Both the position numbers and the translations under genes were made by a program. DNA of 64,000 bases from Vezdaea acicularis (lineage: Eukaryota), in NCBI GenBank assembly GCA_026025075.1, contig JAPEUI010000003.1:1-64000 (forward strand), in the 5' to 3' direction. The notes below the pieces were generated by a model that had not been told where the DNA came from, did no database searches, and worked only from the letters and a program-made list of their open reading frames with translations. Below are positions 47,541 through 59,455 of the stretch, piece by piece (position 1 is the first letter of the stretch; every line of letters begins with the position of its first letter).

Positions 47541-48483
47541 ATGGCGCCATTCCAGAAGCTTAACGTGTTAGCCTCCGACGGAGTCGCAGAGTATAAAGAC
47601 AAAAAGACTGGGAAGATGATCCCCAATGCTCCAGAGGCCAAGATGCTTGACTCGACACCTACAGCAGCTAACGGCGTTGATTATTACAAGCCTTTGGACG
47701 AGATGAACGAGAAGGCGATTGATTGGAAACGTAAACTGGCTTACTTGCTTGCGATTCAAGCCGGAAGGTCGGAAGAAGAAGGTATAAACTGCGTAGTTGT
47801 GCCATTGTTATTGCAGGTCCATTGCATATCTACTGCGTCGTAGAGGCTGTTTATTTCCTTGTGTCTTCCTCAACCAGCACTTTGCTAACACATGCCTATG
47901 TCGTTAGCTAAGAAGTTTATCCTCGATCGCTTTCCTGAGAACTATCGGCTGTATGAGCACAACCGATATGTCATTGGCGTGAAGGGCCACAACGACCGCC
48001 ACGATGCCTATCTTTACGGCCACCCGAAGGGTGTAAAGAAGCGCTTTCGAAGCCCAGCAGATTTTGCGAATCACCTTGTGTGGTTAGCCATGGATCAAGA
48101 GCAAGATAGCGATAATTGTACTTGCCTCTGCTGTCAACCCGCGAAAGAGCCGTCCGAGAAGAAAGGGAAGAAGGCGGAGAAGAAGACGGAGAAGAAGGCT
48201 GCCAATGCTCCTGCTCCTGCTACTACTCCTGTCCTACCGCGAAGAGAAGATAGCGTTGATAAGGTCATGGTTGATGCTGGTGCGGGCGCGGGGAAGCTCG
48301 AGGGTGTTGCGGAGGAAGAACCTTACTGGCCACAGAACACAACCCATTTCAGCGACCCAACGAGACCAGGACAGCGAGGTAAACGAATCACCTCAACAAT
48401 AATATAACCGAATGCTTATAAACTCTACAGTACAAGCCCAGAACCCTGGTGATTTCGAGAAATTTATGGACCTCACTGACTAA
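47541..48483 (+). CDS. Protein with cryptic loci regulator 2 N-terminal (Clr2_transil-like) domain (254 aa)
   Basis: join(47541..47781,47908..48378,48431..48483). Motifs ASDG, WKRKL, FPENYRLYEH, HDAYLYGHPKG, RFRSPADFANHLVWL, CTCLCC. Confidence 0.82.
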
Positions 48484-48612
48484 GCTCTACCTACTCTGTA
48501 GATATTTTCTGTTTCCGATGGTTGCATAGCGAGGATCTGCATTTTTAAGAGGTGTTTGTCTCATTAATGAATGTATGTTTCGGAACCGCATCTCGTTTCA
48601 TTGTACTACCTA

Positions 48613-49840
48613 TCAGAACTCTATGTTCACTTTTGTGCCGCCCTCTTCGCCTTCCTCGCCTTCCACAGGCGGCAGACTCCACTCCTTAATGGCGAACCTC
48701 CTCCTACTAACCGTGAATGCCCAGTCTCCGCTCTCAGCGCCTCCCACCCCACTCCGCTCGCTCACGACCGGTATCTTGTGCACCCGCACAAGCCCTTGCG
48801 GATGCTCTTCCGCCGCTTTACTTCCCGGTGTACTCGGCGGAGCCGAGATCCCGATATCGTGAGCAAAGGGGGTGAGCTCGAGAACTCCGTCACTAACGAT
48901 CTCCGCCCAGCGAACAAGACCTGAGCTGCGTGGGTGGAGGGTAAGCGGTAAGGATAGCATTGCTGTAAGGACTTGATGATGTTGGCGAAGGAGAGATCGC
49001 AGCGAGTGGAGGAAGGGGAGCAAGTGGTGTGGTTGAGCGGACGATGCGGGATATATGGCCGGAGACAGTAGGGCAGGGATAGCTATTCGCACTGATGTTG
49101 GAGAGTCCGGTTTAAGGCGCCTCCTGAGGTCACTTATAATGCTTTCGAATGGGTCTATGCCCTTGGTAGAAACAGGTATATAAGTAATATTCGAAGGAGA
49201 AGGGCTGGTCAGTCGTGTTGTCAAGTCGAAGGTGTGAGTGTAAGGTCGTATGGGAAATGGCGTCTGAGGTGAGTTTTTGGACACGTTGCGCGGCGTCCTT
49301 GACGGTAAAGGTGCTGTGCAAGGAGAAAATTCAACAGATGGCCTGGCATTGATAGACATACGCACCTCTACTCGCGAGCGCGCTTCCCTGAAATTCTCCA
49401 AGACCTTCGTATCTCCATGCAATCTTCATCTTCTCCTTCTCTTCTTCGTGGCTCTCCTTAACCCCCTCTTGGACCTTAGCCAGCCCCGGCAATTCTCTTC
49501 CCCAGGCTTCATTCATACCAACCACGATAACGTCATGTCCTTGCATAACGCCTTCCGCGGCGTAGTACCGTAACAGTAGGCCTGTGTAGTCTGTCGTTCC
49601 GGTCTCTTCTAGAAGAATTGAGTTTCCGAGCGCGATACCTCCATGACCGCCGAGAAGACTGTCAAGGGATGCTGCGCCAGTGGAGGTCACCGGACGGCCA
49701 TCGATTGTGGAAGGCCGAATAGAGGGGTCCGGTGGAGACCTTGTTGGAGTTAGACTCGTAGTAGAGGAAGGTGATGATCCGGCGGGTGTTGCGCTAGGTA
49801 CAGCAGAGCTTACTGGGGTGTTACGCTTTCTAAATGACAT
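48613..49840 (-). CDS. ELP4: Elongator complex subunit 4 (PAXNEB, 391 aa)
   Basis: complement(join(48613..49313,49366..49840)). Motifs MSFRKRN, TSTGAASLDSLLGGHGG, EETGTTDY, LLRYYAAEG, MKIAWRY, HTFDLT, AFTVSRRRFAIKEWSLPP. Confidence 0.93.
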
Positions 49841-50143
49841 TATAGGTGCCTCGATGCTTCCTGAAAAAGGAGTCGAGATCATAAGTAGGTGGGGGGATGT
49901 TCGTGTTGCCGCTTAGAGATTCCCCACTAAAGTCCCTTCTTTCAGGGGCATCGTTTTACAGCGGCGCTGGATGTTGAAATTCTTTGGCGCGTCGCGACGC
50001 TTCCGCATCTGTAATTCACAAAGCCAGTCCAAAAACTCACGCCTACACCCACGCTCAAACCCAAAGGCATAGAAGCACGTCCTCGTATCTCGGACTTTCC
50101 GGCAGAAACATAAAGCTTTGGCTACCAAAGATCTTGCAGCGCT

Positions 50144-50700
50144 ATGGCCACTACTACGGCTACTACAGGCTCAGACACCCTTCTCTACTCCGAACGATTC
50201 GTCGTCCAAGATATCAACTTCAACAAAAATGCTAAGCCGGAAGAAGATCCCAATCCTAAGAAATACGACCGCGTCTCGCGTCTCAGTCTCATATCTACTG
50301 AAGCTGACCAGGCAATGACCGTGACACTCGATGTCAATACCGAATTATACCCAGTCACTCGTGGACAGAACCTTGTTCTTGCGTTGGCCTCGACGCTGAA
50401 CTTGGATGGAGAAAAGGAAGATGATAGCAGAGGATGGAGAGACGTGGGCGACGGTAATGGAAGTATAGCAGATGACTATGACTATGTCTGTCATGGGAAG
50501 GTGTATAGGTTTGAAGATAGTGAAGCGGAAACTATGTGAGTCCGACCTCAGGCTTTTTTGACCATACGTCTCGGACTCCGATACTAATAGTGCATAGAAA
50601 GGTATATATCTCGTTTGGAGGACTACTGTTATACATGGAGGGCCCCTACAGGAGGCTCACCCCGCTACGTATCGACTACGTCTACCTGTTAATAAAATGA
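50144..50700 (+). CDS. RPB8: RNA polymerases I/II/III subunit RPABC3 (164 aa)
   Basis: join(50144..50535,50598..50700). Motifs KYDRVSRL, LDVNTELYP, ADDYDYVCHGKVYRF, YISFGGLLL. Confidence 0.96.
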
Positions 50701-51035
50701 GAGGGGCGTCATCATCCCTGCTACAAAATGCATTTCAAGCCAGCATATGCCCGGAGTAATTTTGGAAAGGGTTTACGAAAACATCACAATCTGATACCGT
50801 GGTCCAGCATTTGGCGGTGATGTTGCAGATTCTACACTTTCCGCACTATTGTTACACCGTTCGGGGGACATGTTTTTGCTAGCTTGGTGACGACTATTAT
50901 ACGTATTTGTCGCTGCTTTGCAAAATGAGCCTCTCCCCGGAACTTGGTATGCCCACCCTCGCCGCAGTCGCATGTTGACAGTTGGTCCTGTCTATTTTAA
51001 AGCAGCAAGAGAAAAAGAGGTTCGTAGCGCTGAAG

Positions 51036-52208
51036 CTACCAAAAACATTCTCCCCGATTGGTGTAAGTCGGCAGTACAGGGAAATCTAGCGACTCCTGAA
51101 GGTCTCTGTGAAGCCGCCATTTCACATTCATAAGATCTGTCTCCGTGAGAGGGATCGAAGCTGGTAGCAGCTTGTGTCGAAGCAAGAAATCCAGCATGAC
51201 CAAAGCACAGTTCGGCTTCCATTCCTCGTTCGCGATGCTTTCCAGGACTTCGTATACAGTCCTCAAGGAGAAGCTTTCTACCTCCTTGTCTTCTGGTTTT
51301 GGCGTTTCGTCTGATTTGAGTTCCAGGTCAAAGACAAATTGCTCTTCCGGTTGAAAGAGATAGGTCTCACCTCCAGCAGAAGGGCCGCGGACTGTAAAGT
51401 ATGATACGCTTCCACATGGTACAGCCCTTTTCATGACCTCTTCGGATAAATTAGCTTCCTCCTTTGCCTCACGGACCATGCATTCACTTATATCCTCATT
51501 GGCCTGCAGCCCGCCTGCAACAGTATTGTCGAGAAGGCCTGGATAGGTTTGCTTTGTAGGTGATCGTCTCGCCACCCATATGCGGTCGATTGCACCGCTG
51601 CTATCACTTGTATAGGCCGTCATATGAGCGCCGTAAGTGATGACGCCAAATAGCGGGCTTGCAGATCTCTCAACCGACCAAAGCAAGTCTCCCTTCATAT
51701 ATTCTCCTCCCGCGTAGACACCATAGAGCTCGTTCCTCCATCCTTTAAGAACCTCGAATCTTCTCTCATCACGCCATTCCTCTACTGTAGTCTTAACGCG
51801 TAAGCTACGAGTAGGTTCATCCTCACCTTCAAGCTGGACCCAAATGTATTTCTGATCGGTCCAAGCGATGCTAGTATATTCTCGAGCATCGAGTGCTTCT
51901 TCGTCGTCTGACATCCGCATTGTCCACCAATGTCTGTACTTTGATTCCCCTAGCCGCAATATGACTTCTGGCTTCAGCAACCCCAAGACTATGCTTCCGT
52001 GGTGCAGAATACATATTGGCCGTGACCCGAAATGGGTTTTATCTCTCCATGTGCGTGGAACAATGCCATTATGGTATGGCATGCTATATCAGACGTGAGC
52101 TTCCGAGTATACACGCACTGTAACTAGATGAAGCAAGATTGGTAGCTTGTAAGGTAGCGGATGCTCTTACTTATCACATCTGTCTAGAATCTTCTTAATG
52201 AAGTCCAT
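51036..52208 (-). CDS. Nudix hydrolase, YJR142W/Tnr3-N-like (361 aa)
   Basis: complement(join(51036..52083,52171..52208)). Motifs GWRNELY, ERSASPLFG, WVARRSPTKQTYPGLLDNTVAGG, Nudix box REAKEEA, KPNCALVMLDFLLRH. Confidence 0.9.
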
Positions 52209-52554
52209 CTCGTCAAACCCCCGTATTCAAAAAGGATCATGCTCCGGACGGTTGCGGCCTGATCCGAGAGATATTGCTAGTGGAGTCTCGACTTCGCAAA
52301 TGCAGCAACAACAGAACGAATCATCTGAAGTCTGTCTTGGGATTCAGAAGGTGCCCGTGTCTATGTACCGCGCATGATCAAAGATACAATGCCATGCACA
52401 ATTGCGTCATGAGGCTCTCTAGCGTTTGTTGCTCGTTGTTTGATGATGCCTGAAGTAGGCGAAAGCAGAACTTCATAGATGATCGAACGTTACTGAAGGT
52501 CCTGAGCATGGTGGACAATCTTTCTCATGTAACATCACAGCAGCTGCGCTCAGC

Positions 52555-53271
52555 ATGTCATGCCCAATAGCAGTTCTATTGCCTTCTCGCCCATTACATA
52601 TCACGCCAACAACACAAACGCCTACAGCTCTAACCTTCACCATCCCCACCTTGCCGCCCTTCTCGCATATCTGCGTCTTCCTCCTTCCTGCAACTACTCT
52701 TCCCCCCGGTGCGCTCGCCGGGATATACCTGCAGCTCCCTGAATCGCCGAACTTCAAATTCCTCGGAGCAATCGGCAATGAGAAGGAAAGCGCCATCTTC
52801 AAAGTTGGGCGAGGCGGCGACAACGGACTACGGAATGATGGAGGTGGAGGAGATGACTTGATGGTCGATGAGATAGCGCCGGCAACCTCCCAAGTCTCGA
52901 TAGGTGGAGAGGTAGGAAATACAAGCGGGGTCCCTGAGATGATAATTGGGATACAGATAGAGCCTGCGGAAGCTATCGCAGTACAAATGGAAGCTTTGAA
53001 GCAAGAACGAGGCGCTGCCACCTCGTCCTCTGGGAATTCGTCACAGATAGCGCTTCGGCGGGGTGCATTTGCGTCACCTAATCAACCAAGTACGAAAGTT
53101 CTGGCACAGCGCATCATCGAGAACGCTTTCAATTTCCTGGCGAGCTTTGCAACGCAAGGTGGGACCGGGGAAGAGATGGTTCCGCTCAAGGCCTTTAGGG
53201 ACTGGTGGACTAAGTTCGAAAAGAAGATAGAAATAGATCCGGCGTTTCTAGAAAAGGCAGAAGGGGCTTAG
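52555..53271 (+). CDS. Hikeshi/OPI10-like protein (DUF775)
   Basis: Motifs HICVFLLP, FKFLGAIGNEKESAIFK, LAQRIIENAFNFLASF, VPLKAFRDWWTKFEKKIEIDPAFL. Confidence 0.92.
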   Translation: MSCPIAVLLPSRPLHITPTTQTPTALTFTIPTLPPFSHICVFLLPATTLPPGALAGIYLQLPESPNFKFLGAIGNEKESAIFKVGRGGDNGLRNDGGGGDDLMVDEIAPATSQVSIGGEVGNTSGVPEMIIGIQIEPAEAIAVQMEALKQERGAATSSSGNSSQIALRRGAFASPNQPSTKVLAQRIIENAFNFLASFATQGGTGEEMVPLKAFRDWWTKFEKKIEIDPAFLEKAEGA

Positions 53272-53526
53272 GTATTTGGAAAATGGCGTACATAAAGGGA
53301 CAAGCAGGGTACAATCTTTCGAACTCAGTATCGAATTCAGTGTCGCAGACGGCATAGTTCTGGTTTGTACTTTCTTGTATAAGAGAGCCTCAGGATACCA
53401 TTGAGAATACATCTGTATGTAACGCTCTGTAAGTGCGCCGTAAAATCCAAATCTTGCTTCTTCACGCCCTATATCAAAAAATGCCGTGATCAATTAAATA
53501 AGCTCGAAAAAATGGCTCCATATTTT

Positions 53527-54569
53527 TCACCTCTCGTTCACCAACAAAAATGTCGCCTCATCCTCCTCGCCTTCAGCCTCATTATCAACAATACTAATAG
53601 GCCCTTCTCTATCCGTAGTCGCCTCCATCTTATGCTGTTCCCGCATTTGAAATATAACGGCCATGGTAAGCAATATACCCTGCAATGCTCCTGTGATAGC
53701 GTATACGCCCCAGGTGCTCCATCCATCGGCCCCCAGCCTTGCTACCAGACTACCAGCAAAGACGAATGATCCTGGCGCTTGAATACACATCATCGGTATG
53801 CTGAGGCTGCCCACGCGCTTCAGCTTAAATGTGGTATACAGCTGGGGAAGGTACTGGATGATAGAGAGCACCGCGGAGGAAATGCCGAACACATTTGCTA
53901 AGCTCTGGATCGAGTGAGGGAGGAGGAAAATGAATATGAGAGAGAGTATGAGGCAAAGTATCATATGTGCGACGCTGAGAGCGACTACCATAATGCATAC
54001 AGAATATGGCGGATGTGTCGACGAGAGGGCCGTGATAGGGTCCTCAACCGGGCCAGTTCGTGGAAAGTAGAGCAGGAACAATATAAGTCTACCACCATGT
54101 TAGGCCAAGTGCGAAAGTGGCATGTAGTGGAGGTACATACATGAAAGCGAAGCATGCCCATTGAACGCTTATCTGTACAACGCCCAGCACGCCCGCGAAA
54201 CACTCAAACTCAGAGATATCTCCAGAGTTACAGCAGTCAAAGGTTGTGAGTGTTGCCCGGACTAAGAATATGTTGGCAAAGGCGCTAGTCCCACTTGTCG
54301 TACCCAAGAGTACGAAGTAAGGTGATATGCCTTCGGAGGAGCGGCGGGAGATGATGCGGTGATGTTGGGGAAGGTAAGATAAAAGGATGCCAAGAACTAT
54401 AAGACTGTAGAAGGAAGTCAGGAGGAGTGCTTTGTACAGAGTGGAGTCATTACATGGAAAACCCAAGTTGTACAACGTTTGGGTTCCAATAGGGACTGCA
54501 TGCGTTGCAGTTTGGATCCCCAGGGCTGTTACAGGTCGTGTCATCTTTGAGGGTCATTGATGAAGTCAT
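53527..54569 (-). CDS. PQ-loop repeat membrane protein (313 aa)
   Basis: complement(join(53527..54088,54141..54404,54454..54569)). Two PQ motifs (SYLPQH..SSEGISP; QYLPQL..VGSLSIPMM) and about 7 hydrophobic segments. Confidence 0.9.
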
Positions 54570-55506
54570 CGTAGAGATTTTCGGAATGGTGGAGATTGAA
54601 GGATATTTTGCTTAGCCCAGAGTATTGAGAGACATGATTGATATGAGCATTGTAGGGTCTTGATAGTGAGCGCCTCTTTTAAATGGTCAACAGGCAGCCG
54701 AGCGCATTGTTACTCAACAACTCGTGGCACGGCACGGATTGAAAGATCGCGTCCCAGACATCGCCAAGGCCAGCCTCCGGCGAATTAAAGAGGCCAGGAA
54801 CTAATCTCACATCGAGGAAATATCAATCATAAGTTGTTTTGTCTTATTTTCCTAAGTTTCTTCTGTTAAAATCCAATCTTCGCCCATTGCCTGGGTCTAA
54901 ATTATCAACTTTTAATTGAAAGCCAATGCCCAAGTTGTACTCGCGATTGCAAATCCTTTCTAAAGAAAACATCTGCGCGAAGATTCCTGGCACAGAGGCC
55001 TCATAAAATAATGAAAGTCATGAAGGCCTAGTATAAAATCAAGCTAACTCGAGGATTGATGATCCTCTAGGAGTTGACGAGATGGCCACCCATTATCGGG
55101 TTGAATGAAGGCATTGGAGTTGATCTAGCAAGTTGGGAGACATACGAGAAGATCTTCAGCAACGTACCAATGATCTCTCAAGACCGCTGATAGGAGATTA
55201 GCTCTGTCACAAAGTGTACCGATCATAGCACTCCGCCACTCTGATTGCGCTGTCTTGCTCTAGTTCTGTGACATACTCGAGACATTGAGTCTCGAAAAAG
55301 GACCGAGTGCCCCTGGAACAACGCTAAGTCACTGCCATGCGTCTTTTCTTGTTGCTACCATGTGAACCCTAGAATGATAGGACCAGCTTCTATTTGGCTC
55401 CTGGGTCCTCGAATTGCTAAATATATGGCAGCTCTTATCTCCCGGAGCAATCGTGGTTCGATTCTGCGTTGATTTCTATCAGAGAGCTTGTGACTACTCA
55501 CCCCTA

Positions 55507-56142
55507 ATGCTCGGTGTCACACGACATTCCTATGGCTCAACCTTATTGCTCCTCCTCTCAGAATTTCTCTGGGCCAGTACCGCAATGACCTCTGAGGACT
55601 CAACATCCTCCACGGACCGAGAATTCTCCGATGGAAATTCAATCAGGGGCTCTCAGCATGCAGAACGCAGAAACTACATCACTTGCCACGGTCTGATACC
55701 ACCCGATATACCCCAAGCTTTCTGGCCTCCTTTGTGGCAACCAGAACATTTTGCCGATATCCAAGATCTTTGTGAATGGGTCCCGTACACCAGCGAAACA
55801 CTTGGATGTTATTGCTGGGAGCCTCGCGGGCACATCAATTGCGGATTGGGAATAGAGCCCGATGATACTACTATTTTCGAGAGCTCTAATATGTTGGAGC
55901 ATATTTGTTTTCAGTATTGTCGCTGCGCAAATGAGGATCCGGAACGGTCTGCTGAAAAGGGAAAAGTCGGTGGCAAGCGACTGGGGGACATATTCAGAGA
56001 GTGGGGCAAGGGCCGAAAGTTCAATGGTTTACCAGATTCACGTCTTCCACCCAAAAAAAGGCGTCAACCAGATGGAAAGTATTGTGGTCGCACTTGTCAA
56101 TTGGACATGTTTGAGAGAGGCACGCTATTGTACGGTCATTAG
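55507..56142 (+). CDS. Small secreted cysteine-rich protein (211 aa), unknown function
   Basis: ATG at 55507, hydrophobic core STLLLLLSEFLWASTA, 10 Cys including C-x-C and C-x3-C-x-C. Confidence 0.6.
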   Translation: MLGVTRHSYGSTLLLLLSEFLWASTAMTSEDSTSSTDREFSDGNSIRGSQHAERRNYITCHGLIPPDIPQAFWPPLWQPEHFADIQDLCEWVPYTSETLGCYCWEPRGHINCGLGIEPDDTTIFESSNMLEHICFQYCRCANEDPERSAEKGKVGGKRLGDIFREWGKGRKFNGLPDSRLPPKKRRQPDGKYCGRTCQLDMFERGTLLYGH

Positions 56143-56498
56143 TGGTTGGCATTGGAAGAGTAAATTTAACACCGGATCCACCCATAGATGGTGAAAGTTC
56201 GTTAGATGTAGACTATATGGTAGGCTTGACAAAGGTCTTATGCCTCCTCCCCATTTCCAACTACGCTATGAGCAATTTTGTTGGAACACCAAAAAATGAA
56301 CACACTGCCATTAGCTCTTGAACCTTATGGAATTGAATGCAAAACTCGCACTGTGCTCAATGATTTTCGCAAGGATCCAGCTTAACTTTGATATAAAAAT
56401 CCCTAAGCGAGTGTGTGGCTCTTGCACGACCGCATTTTGAGTTCTTGTCTGTCTATGCCCTAGGCAGTTCCCTTGCCATAGGACCTTCTTGTCCTGTG

Positions 56499-59006
56499 AT
56501 GTCCGAGTCAAATCACATGTTCTGGGCAAGTGAGTATAACGGAGAGCGCTCTCCCGGGTTGGCCCTGGCTAATGCCAGCATTTAGAGTCCTTGGCATTAT
56601 GGCATACATTCCGGCTACCTATCCTCTTCGGCGCCGTCGTGTTGGTAGTATTCATACGAGCCAGTCTTGGAAAACGGGCAAGGCGAAATAAGTTGCCAGG
56701 ATCTCCAGACACGGCATCTGCCGTTGTCCAGCTGTCGGATCCAAAAGCCCTAGAGGAGAAACAATTTGGGCTCTTAAATGATAGTGAAGCTCTTAGATCA
56801 TTCTCTCTTCAGGATGGCAAGCGGATCTTACCAAGAAGGATAGTGGGGTCGGTCACTCCGAGAAAACTTCGGGGTACTGACGAGAAGGCGGTGGCCGAGA
56901 GTGCAACAATTATAAACAAAATAAAGGCTTTAATTTTCTTCTCTTCAATCACTGGAAGCACGCAGAAGACCGCCGAGGACTTCATATTGGAACTTGGTAC
57001 ATCCTTGAGTAAAATCGAGAATGGAACAACGGTGCACCTAGTCCCTGAATTACACGACTTGTCATATATTGATTATGACGACTTCTTCATTAGTCCTCCT
57101 AGGGATGATGCTGGTACCGGCACACGGAACTTTTACCTCTTCTTGATTCCTACTTACAACATTGATACTATCATGAACAATTTCCTTGTTCATCTCCAAG
57201 AGACACATCACGATTTCAGGATCAACACTGCTCCTCTTTCTTCCATTGCTGGGTACTCTGTGTTTGGTTTTGGCGACCGAGAAGGATGGCCGACAGAGGA
57301 AGTAGGGTTCTGCTCTCAAGCGAAAGAGGTTGATAGGTGGATGGCAAAGCTGACAGGTCGGAAGAGGGCTTTTCCTCTTGGCATGGGAGACGTTAAGTCT
57401 GACGCGTCTAGGAGGCTCGAGGAATGGCGGATAGGACTTGTTGATATCTTGAAGGATATCTCGAGTAAAGGAGGCCTTGGAGAAGGTGTCACTGGGAGTG
57501 GCGATCCTGTCGAGAGTGAAGAAGAGGATTCTGATGACGAAGCCCTATCTGATGATACCGCACGAACTACGCCTCGGAGGAAACAGGCACGTAAAGGCGA
57601 TGCTCAGAAGGTCGATGACCTGGAGGACCTGGGAAGACAAGTTGCTGCCTCGGCGAAGGCGTTAACGAAGAAAAGTACCACCGGCAGCTCTGGTCCTTCG
57701 CCTCTGCCTGTTGATTTTACGATATATGGTAAGAGCCCATCTGGATCATCGGGACCCTCAGCTCTGGAAATGGTACCGAAGGAATCACCTACTTACGCAG
57801 CACTCACAAAACAGGGCTATACTATTGTTGGCTCACATAGTGGAGTTAAGATTTGTCGGTGGACTAAGTCGGCACTGCGTGGCCGAGGATCCTGCTATAA
57901 GTATTCCTTCTATGGCATTAAATCACATCAGTGTATGGAGACCACCCCATCGCTGTCATGTAGTAACAAGTGTGTCTTTTGCTGGCGGCACGGAACAAAC
58001 CCTGTTGGAACAACCTGGCGGTGGAAGGTGGATCCGCCAGGATTAATTTTCGCAGGCGTCAAGGAGGGTCACTATAAGAAAATAAAGATGTTGAAAGGTG
58101 TACCAGGGGTCCGCGCAGAACGGTTCCAAGAAGCCATGCATATAAGGCACTGTGCACTCAGTCTGGTTGGAGAACCCATATTTTACCCACATATCAACGA
58201 ATTCACCTCCATGCTCCACAAAGAGCACATCTCCAGTTTCTTGGTCTGTAACGCACAACATCCCGCACAGTTACGAGCATTAAACCATGTGACGCAACTC
58301 TACGTCTCCATCGACGCCTCAAACCGCGACTCTCTACGCAAGATCGACAGACCGCTCCACCGTGATTTCTGGGAGCGCTTCCAGGAGTGTCTCGACATCA
58401 TACGGGAGAACCAATTTCGGCAACGCACCGTCTTTCGATTGACCCTGGTCAAAGGCTTCAACATCGAGGACGAGGTTGAGGGGTATGCGACGCTTGTAGA
58501 GCGCGGATTGCCTTGCTTTGTCGAGATCAAAGGCGTGACGTTCTGTGGAACAAGCACGAGTAAAGGCGTGGGTCTCAATATGGGGAATGTGCCGTTCTAC
58601 GATGAAGTTGTGGCGTTCGTGGTGGCGTTGAACGAGGCGTTGGCGAAACGAGGGCTCAGTTACGGTATTGCGGCTGAGCACGCTCATAGGTATGTAAACA
58701 CGAACTGGGGGCTATTACTCATGCATCCGCTGACACTCTCCGGACAGTTGCTGTGTCTTGATTGCGTCGAAGAGATTCTTTATCAACGAGAAATGGCACA
58801 CCATCATCGATTACGACCGCTTCTTCGAGCTCCTCGAGTCCGGAAACGAGTTTTCTCCCGAGGATTACGTCGGCCCGCCAACCCCTGAATGGGCTACCTG
58901 GGGTCATGGCGGGTTTGATCCAAGGGATACGAGGGTGTGGAGGAAAGGGCGCAATAAGGTACCGCTTCCTGATGATGAGCAGGTGGAGAGTGGTGGCTGC
59001 GGTTGA
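56499..59006 (+). CDS. TYW1: tRNA 4-demethylwyosine synthase (flavodoxin plus radical SAM, 797 aa)
   Basis: join(56499..56529,56586..58689,58748..59006). N-terminal TM segment, flavodoxin SITGSTQK, GSHSGVKICRWTK, CYK, CSNKCVFCWRH, LSLVGEP. Confidence 0.96.
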
Positions 59007-59455
59007 TTTCTTGAGCTCTGGGGCGGCCTGTCTGTGTTCCACTCGCCTTTCTGCGAAGATGTGGTAGGCGCATCCGGTGTTGTTGACTGTAGCGGCTACA
59101 ATAGAGTAAAGCTACTGTGGCATTTTACTATTACTAGCCCTTAGAATCCCCTCTGCATCTTTACTGGGCAAATGATGTACTGGGGACTTCGCCAGGAGGA
59201 CGGGGGTGACCGAGGAGATGCGGGATGGGCTTTGCGTGTAGGTAGTACAGTGAACTGAGCATGGAGCTAAATCACAACGTCCGAGTTGTACCTAAGCAGT
59301 CGCCAGGCCTTTTGTGGAATCAACATGACACCAGGCTCATATGCACTGAGACTCCGTCATAATCATTACCCATTATATTAAGATATGTGCCACACTCACA
59401 ACGTACACACGAACGCCAGCACCCACGCCTCAATCCGTAAAGACTAGGCCAGGAA

